Origin: Anaerolineales bacterium
Lineage (GTDB): Bacteria; Chloroflexota; Anaerolineae; Anaerolineales; E44-bin32
Assembly (NCBI GenBank): GCA_041821665.1
Contig: JBGUDT010000006.1
Location: 6,249 to 70,248, forward strand
DNA length: 64,000 nucleotides
Direction: 5' to 3'
Positions 17,369 through 27,204 of the stretch are shown here, in pieces (position 1 is the stretch's first letter; the number at the start of each line of letters is the position of its first letter). A program made the position numbers and the translations under genes. Below the pieces are notes generated by a model. That model saw only the letters and a list, made by a program, of their open reading frames with translations, did not search any database and had not been told where the DNA came from.

Positions 17369-19159
17369 ATGGACCCGAATATGATTAGCGAAAGGACCAG
17401 AGGACTCGTCGATGTGGCGATGGGGAGATCCCCTGCAGACATGTTGATCAGGAACGGTCGCTGGGTTTGTGTTCAAAGTGGAGAAATCATTGATCGTACA
17501 TCGGTAGCTGTCAAGGCTGGGCGGATTGCCTTCGTCGGTTCCGACGCAGAGCATACTGTGGGGCCTGATACACATATTTTGGATGCACTGGGAGCGCATC
17601 TCGTACCCGGATTACTCGATGGGCACATGCATGTTGAGTCGGGGATGATCACAGTGACAGAATTTGTGCGAGCCGTCATTCCCCATGGAACGACTGGAAT
17701 GTTCGTCGATCCCCATGAGATCGCAAACGTATTTGGGTTGAAGGGCGTTCGACTGATGGTGGACGAAGCCAGCATCCAGCCGATTCATGTCTGGGTCCAG
17801 GTGCCTTCATGTGTTCCCTCAGCGCCTGGATTAGAAACACCCGGTGCTGAAATCGGCCCGGATGAGGTCGCTGAAGCCATGAGCTGGGAAGGCATCATCG
17901 GACTAGGGGAGATGATGAATTTCCCGGGTGTGTTCATGAGTGATGAGAAGATGCACCTTGAAATGGCGGAGTCCCGGGAAGCACAGAAGGTCGTGGGCGG
18001 GCATTATGCCTCCCTTGATCTAGGCATGGCGTTCAACGCGTATGCCGCAGGTGGCCCAGAGGACGATCATGAGGGCACCAGGCTTGAGGATGCCCTCGCT
18101 CGTGTGCGCCAGGGCATGAAGGTTATGCTGCGCCTGGGATCGGCATGGCATGATGTCGCCAGCCAGATAAAAGCGGTAACAGAACTTGGCCTAGACCCTC
18201 GCCATTTCATACTGGTTACCGATGACAGCCACTCCGGCACGCTTGTGCACGAAGGCCACATGGATCGTGTGGTTCGCCACGCAATTTCCGAAGGTGCGTC
18301 ACCTATGACGGCGATCCAGATGGCGACGTTGAACACCGCTGAACACTTTGGTGTATCCCGTGAGGTAGGCCAAATAGCCCCAGGACGATTTGCTGATCTC
18401 CTGCTTGTGGAAGATTTGGAAGCCTTTGAAGTAGGAATGGTGATTGCCCGCGGAGAAATCGTGGCCAAGGGTGGAAAGCTCCAAATCGATTTGCCTGAGT
18501 TCAGTTACCCCGACGAAGTCATGTCCTCCATCAACTTAGGTAAGACGCTCCAGCCAGAAGATTTTCGCGTAACCACCGCTCTGGAGGGGGAAGTTGAAGT
18601 CAATGTCATCGGTGTGGTCGAAAACCAGGCGCCCACACAGCATCTCCGTTTAAAGGCTTTTATCGAAGATGGCGAGGTCAGGGCAGACCCATCGATCGAT
18701 CTCGCCAAGGTGGCTCTAATTGAGAGACATCGCGGCACGGGGGAGGTGCAAGTTGGCTTTGTGCAGGGATTCGGTTTTGAAAGTGGCTGTGCCGTCGGCT
18801 CGACGGTGGCACATGATTCACATCACATGATCGTCGTGGGTACCTCTGAGAGTGACATGGCGACAGCCGCAAATACACTTGGTGAGATCGGGGGTGGGCA
18901 AATCGTGGTTCAAGATGGTGCGGTCGTCGCACAAGTCGAGCTTCCCATCGCAGGTTTGATGTCCAACGAAAAAGCTCAGGTTGTCGCAGAAAAAGCAGAA
19001 AAATTACTCGTAGCTTTCGAAACGGTTGGGTGTAAGCTCAACAATGCCAACATGCAACTCAGTCTTCTGGCGTTGGTCGTCATTCCCGACCTCCGAATTT
19101 CGGACATGGGGCTGGTTGACGTCAATACGTTTTCAGTCATCCCATTGCTGAAAAAATAA
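17369..19159 (+). CDS. ade: Adenine deaminase
   Basis: 596 aa. PGLLDGHMHVESGMITVTEFVRAVIPHGTTGMFVDPHEIANVFG is typical of Ade. The C-terminal domain contains GCAVGSTVAHDSHHMIVVG. Confidence 0.9.
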   Translation: MDPNMISERTRGLVDVAMGRSPADMLIRNGRWVCVQSGEIIDRTSVAVKAGRIAFVGSDAEHTVGPDTHILDALGAHLVPGLLDGHMHVESGMITVTEFVRAVIPHGTTGMFVDPHEIANVFGLKGVRLMVDEASIQPIHVWVQVPSCVPSAPGLETPGAEIGPDEVAEAMSWEGIIGLGEMMNFPGVFMSDEKMHLEMAESREAQKVVGGHYASLDLGMAFNAYAAGGPEDDHEGTRLEDALARVRQGMKVMLRLGSAWHDVASQIKAVTELGLDPRHFILVTDDSHSGTLVHEGHMDRVVRHAISEGASPMTAIQMATLNTAEHFGVSREVGQIAPGRFADLLLVEDLEAFEVGMVIARGEIVAKGGKLQIDLPEFSYPDEVMSSINLGKTLQPEDFRVTTALEGEVEVNVIGVVENQAPTQHLRLKAFIEDGEVRADPSIDLAKVALIERHRGTGEVQVGFVQGFGFESGCAVGSTVAHDSHHMIVVGTSESDMATAANTLGEIGGGQIVVQDGAVVAQVELPIAGLMSNEKAQVVAEKAEKLLVAFETVGCKLNNANMQLSLLALVVIPDLRISDMGLVDVNTFSVIPLLKK

Positions 19160-19194
19160 TCTAGTTGTCAAAAGAGACTGATTGAGAGATATCA

Positions 19195-19965
19195 TTGGAA
19201 AATAGAACAGGTCACTCGAATATACGATCGCTGGGGAAGGGTTCGAAGAAGATTCCCCGATACCAGCAGACGACGGAGGCGTTATCCTCGCTGCTCGATG
19301 ATATGGAACCAGGCACGTACCTGCCATCAGAGCCAACGCTCGCACGACAGATTGGTGTATCAAGAGCAACGCTTCGGGAAGCGATGCGGACATTCGAAGG
19401 TCAGGGGCGAATCGTACGCAGACAAGGAGTAGGGACCTATGTGACCGATCCACCATCGGTCATCGATAGCGGGATAGAGACACTTGAAAGCATCGAGGTC
19501 CTGGCACAGAAGATCGGTCTAGAAGTGGAAATGGGGGATCTAACGTTCGTAGATCGAGCGCCGAGCGATGAAGAGACCCGTAAATTTGACATCCCACCTT
19601 TAAAACTCGTCACCGATATCTCGAGGGTCATCATCGCAAAAAATCGGCCAGTGGCGTTCTTAATAGACACGCTTCCTAAAGATGCCGTACCCGAAGATGC
19701 CAAATCTGATCATTTCCGTGGTTCCATCCTCGACCTTTTCTTGAACGGTGGTGAACCTATCTTGCAGCACTCCATTGCTGAAGTAACCGCGGTAGCCGCC
19801 GAATCTGAGATCGCCCGACATCTGCAGATCCAACGAGGCGATGTGTTGCTCTATTTCGAATCCTGGTTGTACGCAGATTTAGGTGAAGCTGTGGATTATT
19901 CGAAAAGTTATTTTCTACCAGGGACATTTCGTTTTCACCTTGTCCGAAAAGTAGCTTCTGGTTAA
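19195..19965 (+). CDS. GntR family transcriptional regulator (HutC-type, UTRA effector domain)
   Basis: wHTH region IPRYQQTTEALSSLL...LPSEPTLARQIGVSRATLREAMRTFEGQGRIVRRQGVGTYV, plus a ~150-aa C-terminal UTRA-like domain. The TTG start is uncertain. Confidence 0.8.
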   Translation: MENRTGHSNIRSLGKGSKKIPRYQQTTEALSSLLDDMEPGTYLPSEPTLARQIGVSRATLREAMRTFEGQGRIVRRQGVGTYVTDPPSVIDSGIETLESIEVLAQKIGLEVEMGDLTFVDRAPSDEETRKFDIPPLKLVTDISRVIIAKNRPVAFLIDTLPKDAVPEDAKSDHFRGSILDLFLNGGEPILQHSIAEVTAVAAESEIARHLQIQRGDVLLYFESWLYADLGEAVDYSKSYFLPGTFRFHLVRKVASG

Positions 19966-20020
19966 AGAAGGATAAAGTAATTCAAGTTAGATACTCTATA
20001 TCGAAAAAGGAGATACAGGA

Positions 20021-20974
20021 ATGAGAAGCTTTGCAGGACGTGACATACTCTCACTGAAGGGGTTTGAGCGGGAGGAATTTTTTAGAGTGTTCGAGGCATG
20101 CGATAGGGTCGCGCCGTTCGCGCGAGACCGCCGTAATACGGACTTGTTGGCTGAAAAGACACTAGTCACCGCGTTCTATCAACCGAGCACGCGCACCCGT
20201 TTGGCGCATGAGGCGGCAATGATTCGTCTGGGTGGCCAGGTGACTGGATTCGCAGACGCCAAGATGACTCGAGCTGGAGATTACTACCAGGAGTCGATAA
20301 AGGACACCGTGAAGATGTTGGAATTTTACGGTGACGTAATTGTGATGAGGCATTTTCAGCAGGGTGCTCCCCACGAAGCGGCGAAATGGGCTTCCATCCC
20401 GATTATCAACGGGGGAGATGGCTGGGGTGAACATCCCACCCAGATTCTTACCGATTTGTATACCGTGCATCAGGAAAAGGGACGTCTCGATGGCTTGCGA
20501 TGGCTGGCTGTTGGCGATATGCGCATGCGCACAATGCACTCTCTTGCTTATGGCCTCACCCAATTCGATTGCCCGATAACGTTCGTTTCTCCGCCGGATA
20601 TGTCGCTTACCGACGAGTTTAAAGAGGACATTTCTGAGTTCAGCCTGGACTTTTCCGAAGCGGACCATGTCGAAGAGGCGATTGCAGACGCGGATGTGAT
20701 CTTGGTGGAGCCAGTTGTTCAGCCTGATTACACCAAATCCAGGGACGAACGGGGTGATGATGTTGGATTGACCCCCGCAAATTATAAAATCACCCGAGAA
20801 CTGCTGAGCACGAAAGCAAAGTCAGATGCCATATTGCTTCATTCGCTGCCACGCATGGATGAGATCCCCCCGGATGTGGATGCGACACGCTGGTCGCGAT
20901 ACTGGGAGGAAGCGTTCAATGGCGTTGTGATGCGGATGGGGCTTCTTGCGCTGGTTCTCGGCGCCATGGAATGA
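20021..20974 (+). CDS. Divergent PyrB-like carbamoyltransferase (aspartate/ornithine carbamoyltransferase superfamily), substrate unclear
   Basis: 317 aa. The carbamoyl-phosphate motifs are retained (QPSTRTRLAHE, VMRH, EHPTQILTDL, HSLPR). The position equivalent to the ATCase TR(V/I)QKER aspartate-binding motif reads LVEPVVQPDY, and the KGE(S/T) loop reads YYQES. Confidence 0.75.
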   Translation: MRSFAGRDILSLKGFEREEFFRVFEACDRVAPFARDRRNTDLLAEKTLVTAFYQPSTRTRLAHEAAMIRLGGQVTGFADAKMTRAGDYYQESIKDTVKMLEFYGDVIVMRHFQQGAPHEAAKWASIPIINGGDGWGEHPTQILTDLYTVHQEKGRLDGLRWLAVGDMRMRTMHSLAYGLTQFDCPITFVSPPDMSLTDEFKEDISEFSLDFSEADHVEEAIADADVILVEPVVQPDYTKSRDERGDDVGLTPANYKITRELLSTKAKSDAILLHSLPRMDEIPPDVDATRWSRYWEEAFNGVVMRMGLLALVLGAME

Positions 20975-20993
20975 TACTAAAGGGATTTGGGAT

Positions 20994-21064
20994 CGGGGAT
21001 TAGGGATTAGGTTCAACGACCTGATCCCTGTTCCCTAACCCCTAATCCCGCCACTATTTTTTTT
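20994..21064 (+). terminator. Candidate intrinsic terminator separating the two carbamoyltransferase genes
   Basis: An imperfect long hairpin, cggggattagggattagg ... cctaacccctaatcccg, is followed 6 nt later by a T8 run (21057-21064). Confidence 0.45.
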
Positions 21065-21083
21065 ACAAAGGAGGCAGAAACTC

Positions 21084-22064
21084 ATGCAAACAGATTTAAG
21101 TAGTCGCGATCTCATTGGTGATCTTGACTTCAGCAAGGAAGAGGTAGAGACCGTCCTCGAAGTTGCGCTGGATTTGAAGCGAAAAAGAGCCTTGGGTGAA
21201 CCTCATGCGTACCTGCGGGACAAGGTCCTGGCGATGCTCTTTTTCTTTTCGAGCACTCGCACGCGTGGATCCTTTGAGGCTGGCATGGCCCAATTGGGAG
21301 GGCACGCGGCTTTCATAGAATCACGCACGACCCAAATATCTCACGGAGATACAGAAAAAGAGATGGGGGAAATCTTTGGACGCTACTTCGATGGAATCGC
21401 CATTCGACATGTCGATTGGGGAATTGGAAATCGGTACCTCAATCTTGTAGCCGAAGCATCCCGGGTGCCAGTCCTAAATATGCAATGTGAGTTTTACCAT
21501 CCCCACCAAATCCTCGCTGATCTGCTCACGATTATCGAGAAGAAGGGGAGAGATTTGCGCGGGAAGAAGATGGTGGTCTCGTGGGCGTATGCTTCCTCAT
21601 ATCTAAAACCAATATCGGTTCCTCAATCACTGATCCTGCAAATGCCGAGATTCGGGTTGGATGTCGTATTAGCGCACCCCCCTGAGTTTAAGCTCATGCC
21701 TGAAATCATGGATCAAGCAAAAGAGCAGGCCAAGAAATTCAAGACTGGTTTCGAAGTCGTAGATGACATGAAGGCTGCCGTGAAGGATGCCGATGTGGTG
21801 TATGCAAAATCATGGGGTCCGCTGCTCACGACGACGGATCCAGATGAGGGTAAGGAAATACAGGATCGCTATCAGGATTGGATCGCGGACGAGGCTAAGA
21901 TGAAATTGGCAAAAGACGATGCAATCTACATGCACCCCTTACCGGCAGATCGAAACATCGAAGTGACGGATGGCGTCATCGATGGCCCGCAAAGCGTCGT
22001 GTTTGATGAAGCAGAAAACCGTCTTCACGTCCAAAAAGCCGTGATGGCGCTCACAATGCGATAA
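21084..22064 (+). CDS. YgeW-like carbamoyltransferase
   Basis: 326 aa with an AAGGAGG RBS. It has SSTRTRGSFE, IAIRHVDWGIGNRYL, NMQCEFYHPHQILADL, VVSWAYASSYLKPISVPQS..RFGLDVVLAHP, DADVVYAKSWGP and HPLPADR. The WAYxxSYxKPxSVPQ and KSW(G/A)P blocks match my recollection of E. coli YgeW rather than OTC (which has DxxxSMG). Confidence 0.75.
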   Translation: MQTDLSSRDLIGDLDFSKEEVETVLEVALDLKRKRALGEPHAYLRDKVLAMLFFFSSTRTRGSFEAGMAQLGGHAAFIESRTTQISHGDTEKEMGEIFGRYFDGIAIRHVDWGIGNRYLNLVAEASRVPVLNMQCEFYHPHQILADLLTIIEKKGRDLRGKKMVVSWAYASSYLKPISVPQSLILQMPRFGLDVVLAHPPEFKLMPEIMDQAKEQAKKFKTGFEVVDDMKAAVKDADVVYAKSWGPLLTTTDPDEGKEIQDRYQDWIADEAKMKLAKDDAIYMHPLPADRNIEVTDGVIDGPQSVVFDEAENRLHVQKAVMALTMR

Positions 22065-22078
22065 AGGAGCTATCCCGA

Positions 22079-23038
22079 ATGTCAGAGAAAAAAGCCAAGA
22101 AGGTAGCAGTGGTAGCCGTGGGAGGAAACTCCCTTATTGTTGATAAGGCTCATCAGACCATCCCCGATCAATATGCCGCCACGAGTGAGTCGATGAAGCA
22201 TATTGCCGGCATGATCGAGTCTGGATGGGATGTCGTCATCACGCATGGTAATGGTCCTCAAGTGGGGTTCATCTTGCGGAGGGCAGAACTGGCTCTTAAT
22301 GAACTTCACCCTGTACCGTTGGACTATTGTGGAGCAGATACGCAGGGCGCGATCGGGTACATGTTCCAACGTGCACTTTACAATGAATTCAAGCTGCGCG
22401 GGTTAGATAAACAAGCGGCGACTGTGGTTACGCAGGTGCTTGTAGATCGAGAAGATCCAGCTTTTACAAATCCAACCAAGCCGATCGGGTCGTTCATGGA
22501 TGAGACGACCGCGACAGAACGAAGCCAAGCCGATGAATGGGTCGTCGTCGAGGATGCTGGACGGGGCTGGCGAAGAGTTGTACCCTCGCCTCAACCGATC
22601 CGGATCATCCAGGTCGATGCGATCAAAGCGCTCATCGACCGCGGATTTACGGTAGTCGGAGTTGGTGGAGGTGGCATTCCCGTAATCGAGGATGCGGAAG
22701 GGAACCTGGTCGGCGTAGAAGCGGTTATTGATAAGGATTTTGCCTCCGCTCTCCTGGCAAACAGCATCGGAGCGGATTTGCTGCTCATAACGACGGCTGT
22801 AGAGAAGGTCGCCTTGAATTTCAATAAACCTGATCAGCAGTGGTTGGACCATATGACTCTCCCCGAAGCCAAGGGTTATCTTGAAGAGGGTCATTTTGCC
22901 AAAGGCAGCATGGAGCCTAAAATGAAGGCCGTCGTTCAATTCCTTGAGGCTGGAGGCACAGAAGCCCTGATCACCGATCCAAAAAATATCGAACGTGCGA
23001 TTGCGGGTGAAAGCGGAACACGGATTACTAAGGAATAA
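22079..23038 (+). CDS. arcC: Carbamate kinase
   Basis: 319 aa. Contains VAVVAVGGNSL, VVITHGNGPQVG, DYCGADTQGAIGY and GVGGGGIPV. It starts 14 nt downstream of the YgeW-like gene. Confidence 0.92.
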   Translation: MSEKKAKKVAVVAVGGNSLIVDKAHQTIPDQYAATSESMKHIAGMIESGWDVVITHGNGPQVGFILRRAELALNELHPVPLDYCGADTQGAIGYMFQRALYNEFKLRGLDKQAATVVTQVLVDREDPAFTNPTKPIGSFMDETTATERSQADEWVVVEDAGRGWRRVVPSPQPIRIIQVDAIKALIDRGFTVVGVGGGGIPVIEDAEGNLVGVEAVIDKDFASALLANSIGADLLLITTAVEKVALNFNKPDQQWLDHMTLPEAKGYLEEGHFAKGSMEPKMKAVVQFLEAGGTEALITDPKNIERAIAGESGTRITKE

Positions 23039-23144
23039 TGGAGCTTGATTGAAAAGGAGGTGGTCGCGGACGCATAGGTTGTTGAATATTTGAATATTAG
23101 GAAGAGAAGAAGATTAAGTGTAATTAAATCAGGAGGAATACGAA

Positions 23145-24407
23145 ATGTATCGTAACAAGTTTTGGCTTGTATTCGGCTTGCTCGTCATCATGGCCATGGT
23201 GCTTGCGGCTTGTGGTGGCACCGCACCAGCAGGTGAAGAACCCGCTGGAGAGGAACCAGCAGCCGAGGAACCCGTTGCAGAAGAACCCGCAGAGGAAGTA
23301 GGCGGTTTCGAGATCCCTGCGATCGAAGAGGGGATGTTCAATGTGGGCATGGTGCTCATCGGTCCACATGACGATGGCGGCTGGTCACAGGCTCACTTCG
23401 AAGGGCTGGAGTACATCGACGAAAACGTCCCCAATACGCACGTTGCCTATATCGAGAACGTGCCCGAGGGTGCTGACTCGGAGCAGATTTTCCGCAGCCT
23501 CTCACGAAAAGGGTTTGATTTGATCTTAGGGACGTCCTTCGGTTACATGGATCCCATGGAGATCGTCGCAAGCGAGTTCCCGGACACAATGTTCATCCAT
23601 CTTACTGGTATCAAATCCAACATGGAGAACTTCGGTAATCTGATGGGCGCGATGGAGAACATGAAGTACATGGGTGGGATGCTTGCAGGAGCCCGTGCTC
23701 AGATGGATGGGAATCCTAAGCTGGGCTATATGGCCACATTCCCCATCCCTGAGGAAATCCGTCTCGGCAACGCCATTGCGCTTGGGATGAAAGAAACATG
23801 CCCTGAGTGCACGATGGATGTGCGTTGGATCAACACCTGGCACGATCCCATCATTGAGAAGGAAGCTGCTGCATCCCTCTTTGATGCTGGTGCCCAGGTT
23901 GTCTTCACTGGTGCAGACACACCCGCGGTCGCGGATGTCGCCCAGGAGAAGGGCAAGTGGGGCGTCACGTATGACTGGTATGGCTCCTGTAAAGTGGACG
24001 CCTGTCTGACTGCACCCTACTGGGTATGGGGACCCGAGTATGCACGCATCACCGAAGGCGTCATCGATGGTAGCTATGTCCCTGGCTGGGATTACTTCGA
24101 TGGTGAAACCGGCGCGCTCGGTTTATACGGCTTCATGGAGGGCGAGGAACTGACCCCTGGGGTCGCTGAGCTCCCAGAAGAAGTCATCCAGAAGGTTCGC
24201 GATCTGGTCGCAGCGATGCAGGCGGGCGAATTTACCCGCTTCGACGTTTTCTCCGGACCGATCTATGACAACCAGGGCAACCTGGTCGTCCCTGAAGGCG
24301 AAGCTCTGGAACAAATCGATCTGGACGCATTCCCCGAGTTCGGATTGGATTGCGAGTACTGCATGAAGTGGTGGGCCGAAGGCATCACCGCAGAACTGCC
24401 CGAGTAG
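23145..24407 (+). CDS. BMP-family (PnrA-like) ABC substrate-binding lipoprotein, probable purine/nucleoside binding
   Basis: Lipobox VLAACGG, then a Glu/Pro-rich linker, then the BMP fold start VGMVLIGPHDDGGWSQAHFEGL. It is followed by its cognate ATPase and two permeases. Confidence 0.85.
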   Translation: MYRNKFWLVFGLLVIMAMVLAACGGTAPAGEEPAGEEPAAEEPVAEEPAEEVGGFEIPAIEEGMFNVGMVLIGPHDDGGWSQAHFEGLEYIDENVPNTHVAYIENVPEGADSEQIFRSLSRKGFDLILGTSFGYMDPMEIVASEFPDTMFIHLTGIKSNMENFGNLMGAMENMKYMGGMLAGARAQMDGNPKLGYMATFPIPEEIRLGNAIALGMKETCPECTMDVRWINTWHDPIIEKEAAASLFDAGAQVVFTGADTPAVADVAQEKGKWGVTYDWYGSCKVDACLTAPYWVWGPEYARITEGVIDGSYVPGWDYFDGETGALGLYGFMEGEELTPGVAELPEEVIQKVRDLVAAMQAGEFTRFDVFSGPIYDNQGNLVVPEGEALEQIDLDAFPEFGLDCEYCMKWWAEGITAELPE

Positions 24408-24500
24408 TCAACGAAAACGTTGATCACACTGGGTCGGCGCTCATCAACGAGCGCCGACCCTTCATCAAGAAGAAGATTTGTAGGGCAATCGAGGCTTGCG

Positions 24501-26072
24501 ATGGATGATCAAAACATTGCTGTTGAAATGCGTGGGATCACCAAGGAATTCCCCGGTGTATTGGCGGCTGAGGATGTCGATTTCACGTTGAAGCGAGGCG
24601 AAATCCATGCGCTCCTCGGTGAGAACGGTGCAGGAAAAAGCACGCTTATGAATGTGCTTACCGGGCTATACATGCCCGAGAGAGGGACCATACGCGTGTA
24701 TGGTAAACAGGTTGATATCCGATCCCCAAGTGATGCGATTAGCAACGGTATAGGTATGGTGCATCAGCACTTCATGCTTGTACCTACTCAGACCGTCACG
24801 GAAAATATCCTCCTTGGGTTGGATAAGCCAAAGTTCCGATTGAATTTATCTCATTATCATGAAGTTGTCTCTGATCTCGGAGTGCAGTATGGACTTCACG
24901 TGGACCCGAGCGCACAAATCTGGCAGATCTCTGTCGGTGAGCAGCAGCGAGTTGAAATAATTAAGGTGCTCTACAGAGGTGCAACAATCCTCATCATGGA
25001 TGAACCTACGGCCGTACTCGCACCTCAGGAGATCGAAGAATTGTTTGTCACCCTGCGTGCGATGACAGATGAAGGAAAATCCATCATATTTATCAGCCAT
25101 AAACTCGATGAAGTAATAGCGATCGCAGATCGAATAACGGTCTTACGGAAGGGAAAGGTAAGTGCGGCGAATGTGCCCTTGAAAGGAACCACCAAGCAGG
25201 AGCTTGCTAATCTGATGGTGGGGAGGGAGGTATTCTTCGATTTACAGAAGGAAAAACAATCACCCGGAGATATCGTACTGAAGGTGGAGAATCTCAAGGC
25301 GGAAAACGATAAGGGTTTAGCGGCGCTGCGAGGGCTTTCAATACAAGTGCGATCGGGGGAGATCGTTGGGCTTGCCGGGGTTGCGGGGAATGGTCAGTCA
25401 GAGCTTGCTGAAGTTATCACCGGAATGCGGGCACCTACTGGGGGGAGGGTGATCGTACATGATGAGACTTTAATCGGCGAAGGTGCTGAAACGAAAAACG
25501 TAGCCCAGAGTGTACGGAAGATCATCGATGCCCGCGTGTCCCATATCCCCGAAGACCGGACGCATGTGGGAACCGCGCCGAATTTGAGCATCACGGATAA
25601 CGCGATTATGAAAAATTATCGCATTCCCCCCATCTCTAAAAAGTGGTCGGTGGATAAAATCGAGGCGAGGCAACATGCGGAGAGTCTTAAAGATTCGTAC
25701 GATATCATCGTGCCCACCGTAGAGACCCAGGCCAGGCTCCTCTCTGGAGGGAATTTGCAGCGATTAATTCTCGCCCGTGAAATGTCGAGTGAACCAGATC
25801 TTATGATTGCCATGCAGCCAACTCGTGGCCTTGATGTTGGAGCGATTGAAGGCGTGCAGCGGCTCTTGCTTGAGCAGCGTAAAAACGGCGCCGCTATCCT
25901 TCTTGTCTCAGAAGAATTGGATGAACTCATCGCACTTTCAGATAGGGTTTATGCCATCTACGAGGGAGAGATCATGGGCGAGATGACGGACGCCGATGCA
26001 GAAACACTGGGGTTGATGATGACAGGAACCCCACTCTCGGAGATAGCGAAGGATAAGGAGGCGCAGGGATGA
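24501..26072 (+). CDS. ABC transporter ATP-binding protein, tandem ATPase domains
   Basis: Starts MDDQNIAVEMRGITKEF. Walker A GENGAGKST and GVAGNGQSEL, signatures SVGEQQRVEI and LSGGNLQRLIL, Walker B ILIMDEPT. The upstream in-frame extension to 24420 is not homologous. Confidence 0.9.
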   Translation: MDDQNIAVEMRGITKEFPGVLAAEDVDFTLKRGEIHALLGENGAGKSTLMNVLTGLYMPERGTIRVYGKQVDIRSPSDAISNGIGMVHQHFMLVPTQTVTENILLGLDKPKFRLNLSHYHEVVSDLGVQYGLHVDPSAQIWQISVGEQQRVEIIKVLYRGATILIMDEPTAVLAPQEIEELFVTLRAMTDEGKSIIFISHKLDEVIAIADRITVLRKGKVSAANVPLKGTTKQELANLMVGREVFFDLQKEKQSPGDIVLKVENLKAENDKGLAALRGLSIQVRSGEIVGLAGVAGNGQSELAEVITGMRAPTGGRVIVHDETLIGEGAETKNVAQSVRKIIDARVSHIPEDRTHVGTAPNLSITDNAIMKNYRIPPISKKWSVDKIEARQHAESLKDSYDIIVPTVETQARLLSGGNLQRLILAREMSSEPDLMIAMQPTRGLDVGAIEGVQRLLLEQRKNGAAILLVSEELDELIALSDRVYAIYEGEIMGEMTDADAETLGLMMTGTPLSEIAKDKEAQG

Positions 26073-27202
26073 CCACCTCCAGCAGCTCCACGCAAAAGAG
26101 GCGACTCAGTCTTCCAATCTCCCTACGTCTCGAGCCGCGTTTAGAACAGCCGCGATGGCTCTCCCTCGCAGTCACGCTGGGAGCCGTGATCCTTGCCCTG
26201 CTTCTCGGAGCGTTGGTACTGAAGCTTGTAGGTGGCTCACCTCTGCTCGCCTACAGATTTATGATAAAAGCCGCATTTGGCAACATCGGCGTGTTTTCCG
26301 ATACGCTGACGAAAGCAACGCCCCTCATCTTCACCGGTCTTGCGGCTGTGGTCGCTTTCCGGATGCGGTTGTGGAACATCGGTGCCGAGGGACAGTTCTA
26401 CATGGGCGCCCTGGGAGCAAGCGCAGTTGTTCTGGCGCCGCTTCTCCCGGAAGAGGCGTCGCGATGGTTGATGATCCCGGCTATGATCATTGCGGGAGCA
26501 CTTGGCGGCGCGCTGTGGGCATTCCTCCCCGGATACCTTAAGGCGAAACTCAACGTCAATGAGATTATCACCACACTAATGATGAATTACATCGCGATTT
26601 CCTTTGTAAACTACTTTGTCTTCGATGTGTGGTCCGAAGGCGGATTTCAGATGAGCCGCCAATTCCCCAAGAATGCGTGGCTGCCAAAGCTGACAGATTT
26701 AGGCTCGCAGATCACCGAATTTCGCGGCCTTACTACACATCTTGGACTAATCATCGCTTGTATCGCAGCACTCATTGTTTGGTGGATCATCTACCGAAGT
26801 CGCTGGGGTTATGAAATCCGGCTGATCGGGGATAATCCACGGGCGGCGAAGTATGCCGGCATCAATATCGCCCGCAATATCATTCTGGTCATGTTGTTAT
26901 CCGGTGCATTAGCAGGGCTCGGTGGTATGTCGGAGATCACCGGTGTCGTACACCGTCTCCAGGGTTCCATTTCCCCTGGCTATGGTTTCACCGGGATCAT
27001 CATCGCCTGGCTGGCAAAACTTAACCCACTCTTAGTTGTGCCAATTTCGGTTTTGTTTGGCGCCTTGATCCTCGCAGGAAGAGAGATCCAGCCTTCAGGT
27101 GTCCCCATGCTTCTACAAGGTATCCTTCTCGTCTGTCTGATTGGAAGTGATTTTTTGATGCGTTTCCGTGTCCGATTAATTCACCTGCAGAGGGAGGCCT
27201 GA
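26069..27202 (+). CDS. ABC transporter permease (BMP/nucleoside system)
   Basis: 377 aa with about 9-10 TM helices. It overlaps the ATPase stop by 4 nt. The conserved region is WNIGAEGQFYMGAL. Confidence 0.85.
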   Translation: MTTSSSSTQKRRLSLPISLRLEPRLEQPRWLSLAVTLGAVILALLLGALVLKLVGGSPLLAYRFMIKAAFGNIGVFSDTLTKATPLIFTGLAAVVAFRMRLWNIGAEGQFYMGALGASAVVLAPLLPEEASRWLMIPAMIIAGALGGALWAFLPGYLKAKLNVNEIITTLMMNYIAISFVNYFVFDVWSEGGFQMSRQFPKNAWLPKLTDLGSQITEFRGLTTHLGLIIACIAALIVWWIIYRSRWGYEIRLIGDNPRAAKYAGINIARNIILVMLLSGALAGLGGMSEITGVVHRLQGSISPGYGFTGIIIAWLAKLNPLLVVPISVLFGALILAGREIQPSGVPMLLQGILLVCLIGSDFLMRFRVRLIHLQREA

Positions 27203-27204
27203 TC

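Noticed and set aside
20994-21050. Telomere-like GGGATTA/TTAGGG repeats (gggattagggattagg ... ccctaacccctaatccc).
   Set aside because: The two arms are inverted complements forming a hairpin followed by a T-run. This is most simply an intrinsic terminator, and nothing suggests a replicon end.
23039-23144. Looked for a purine (guanine/adenine) riboswitch upstream of the BMP nucleoside transporter.
   Set aside because: The ~100-nt region is AT-rich with tandem AATATT motifs. It lacks the conserved three-way junction sequence features of purine riboswitches that I can recall.
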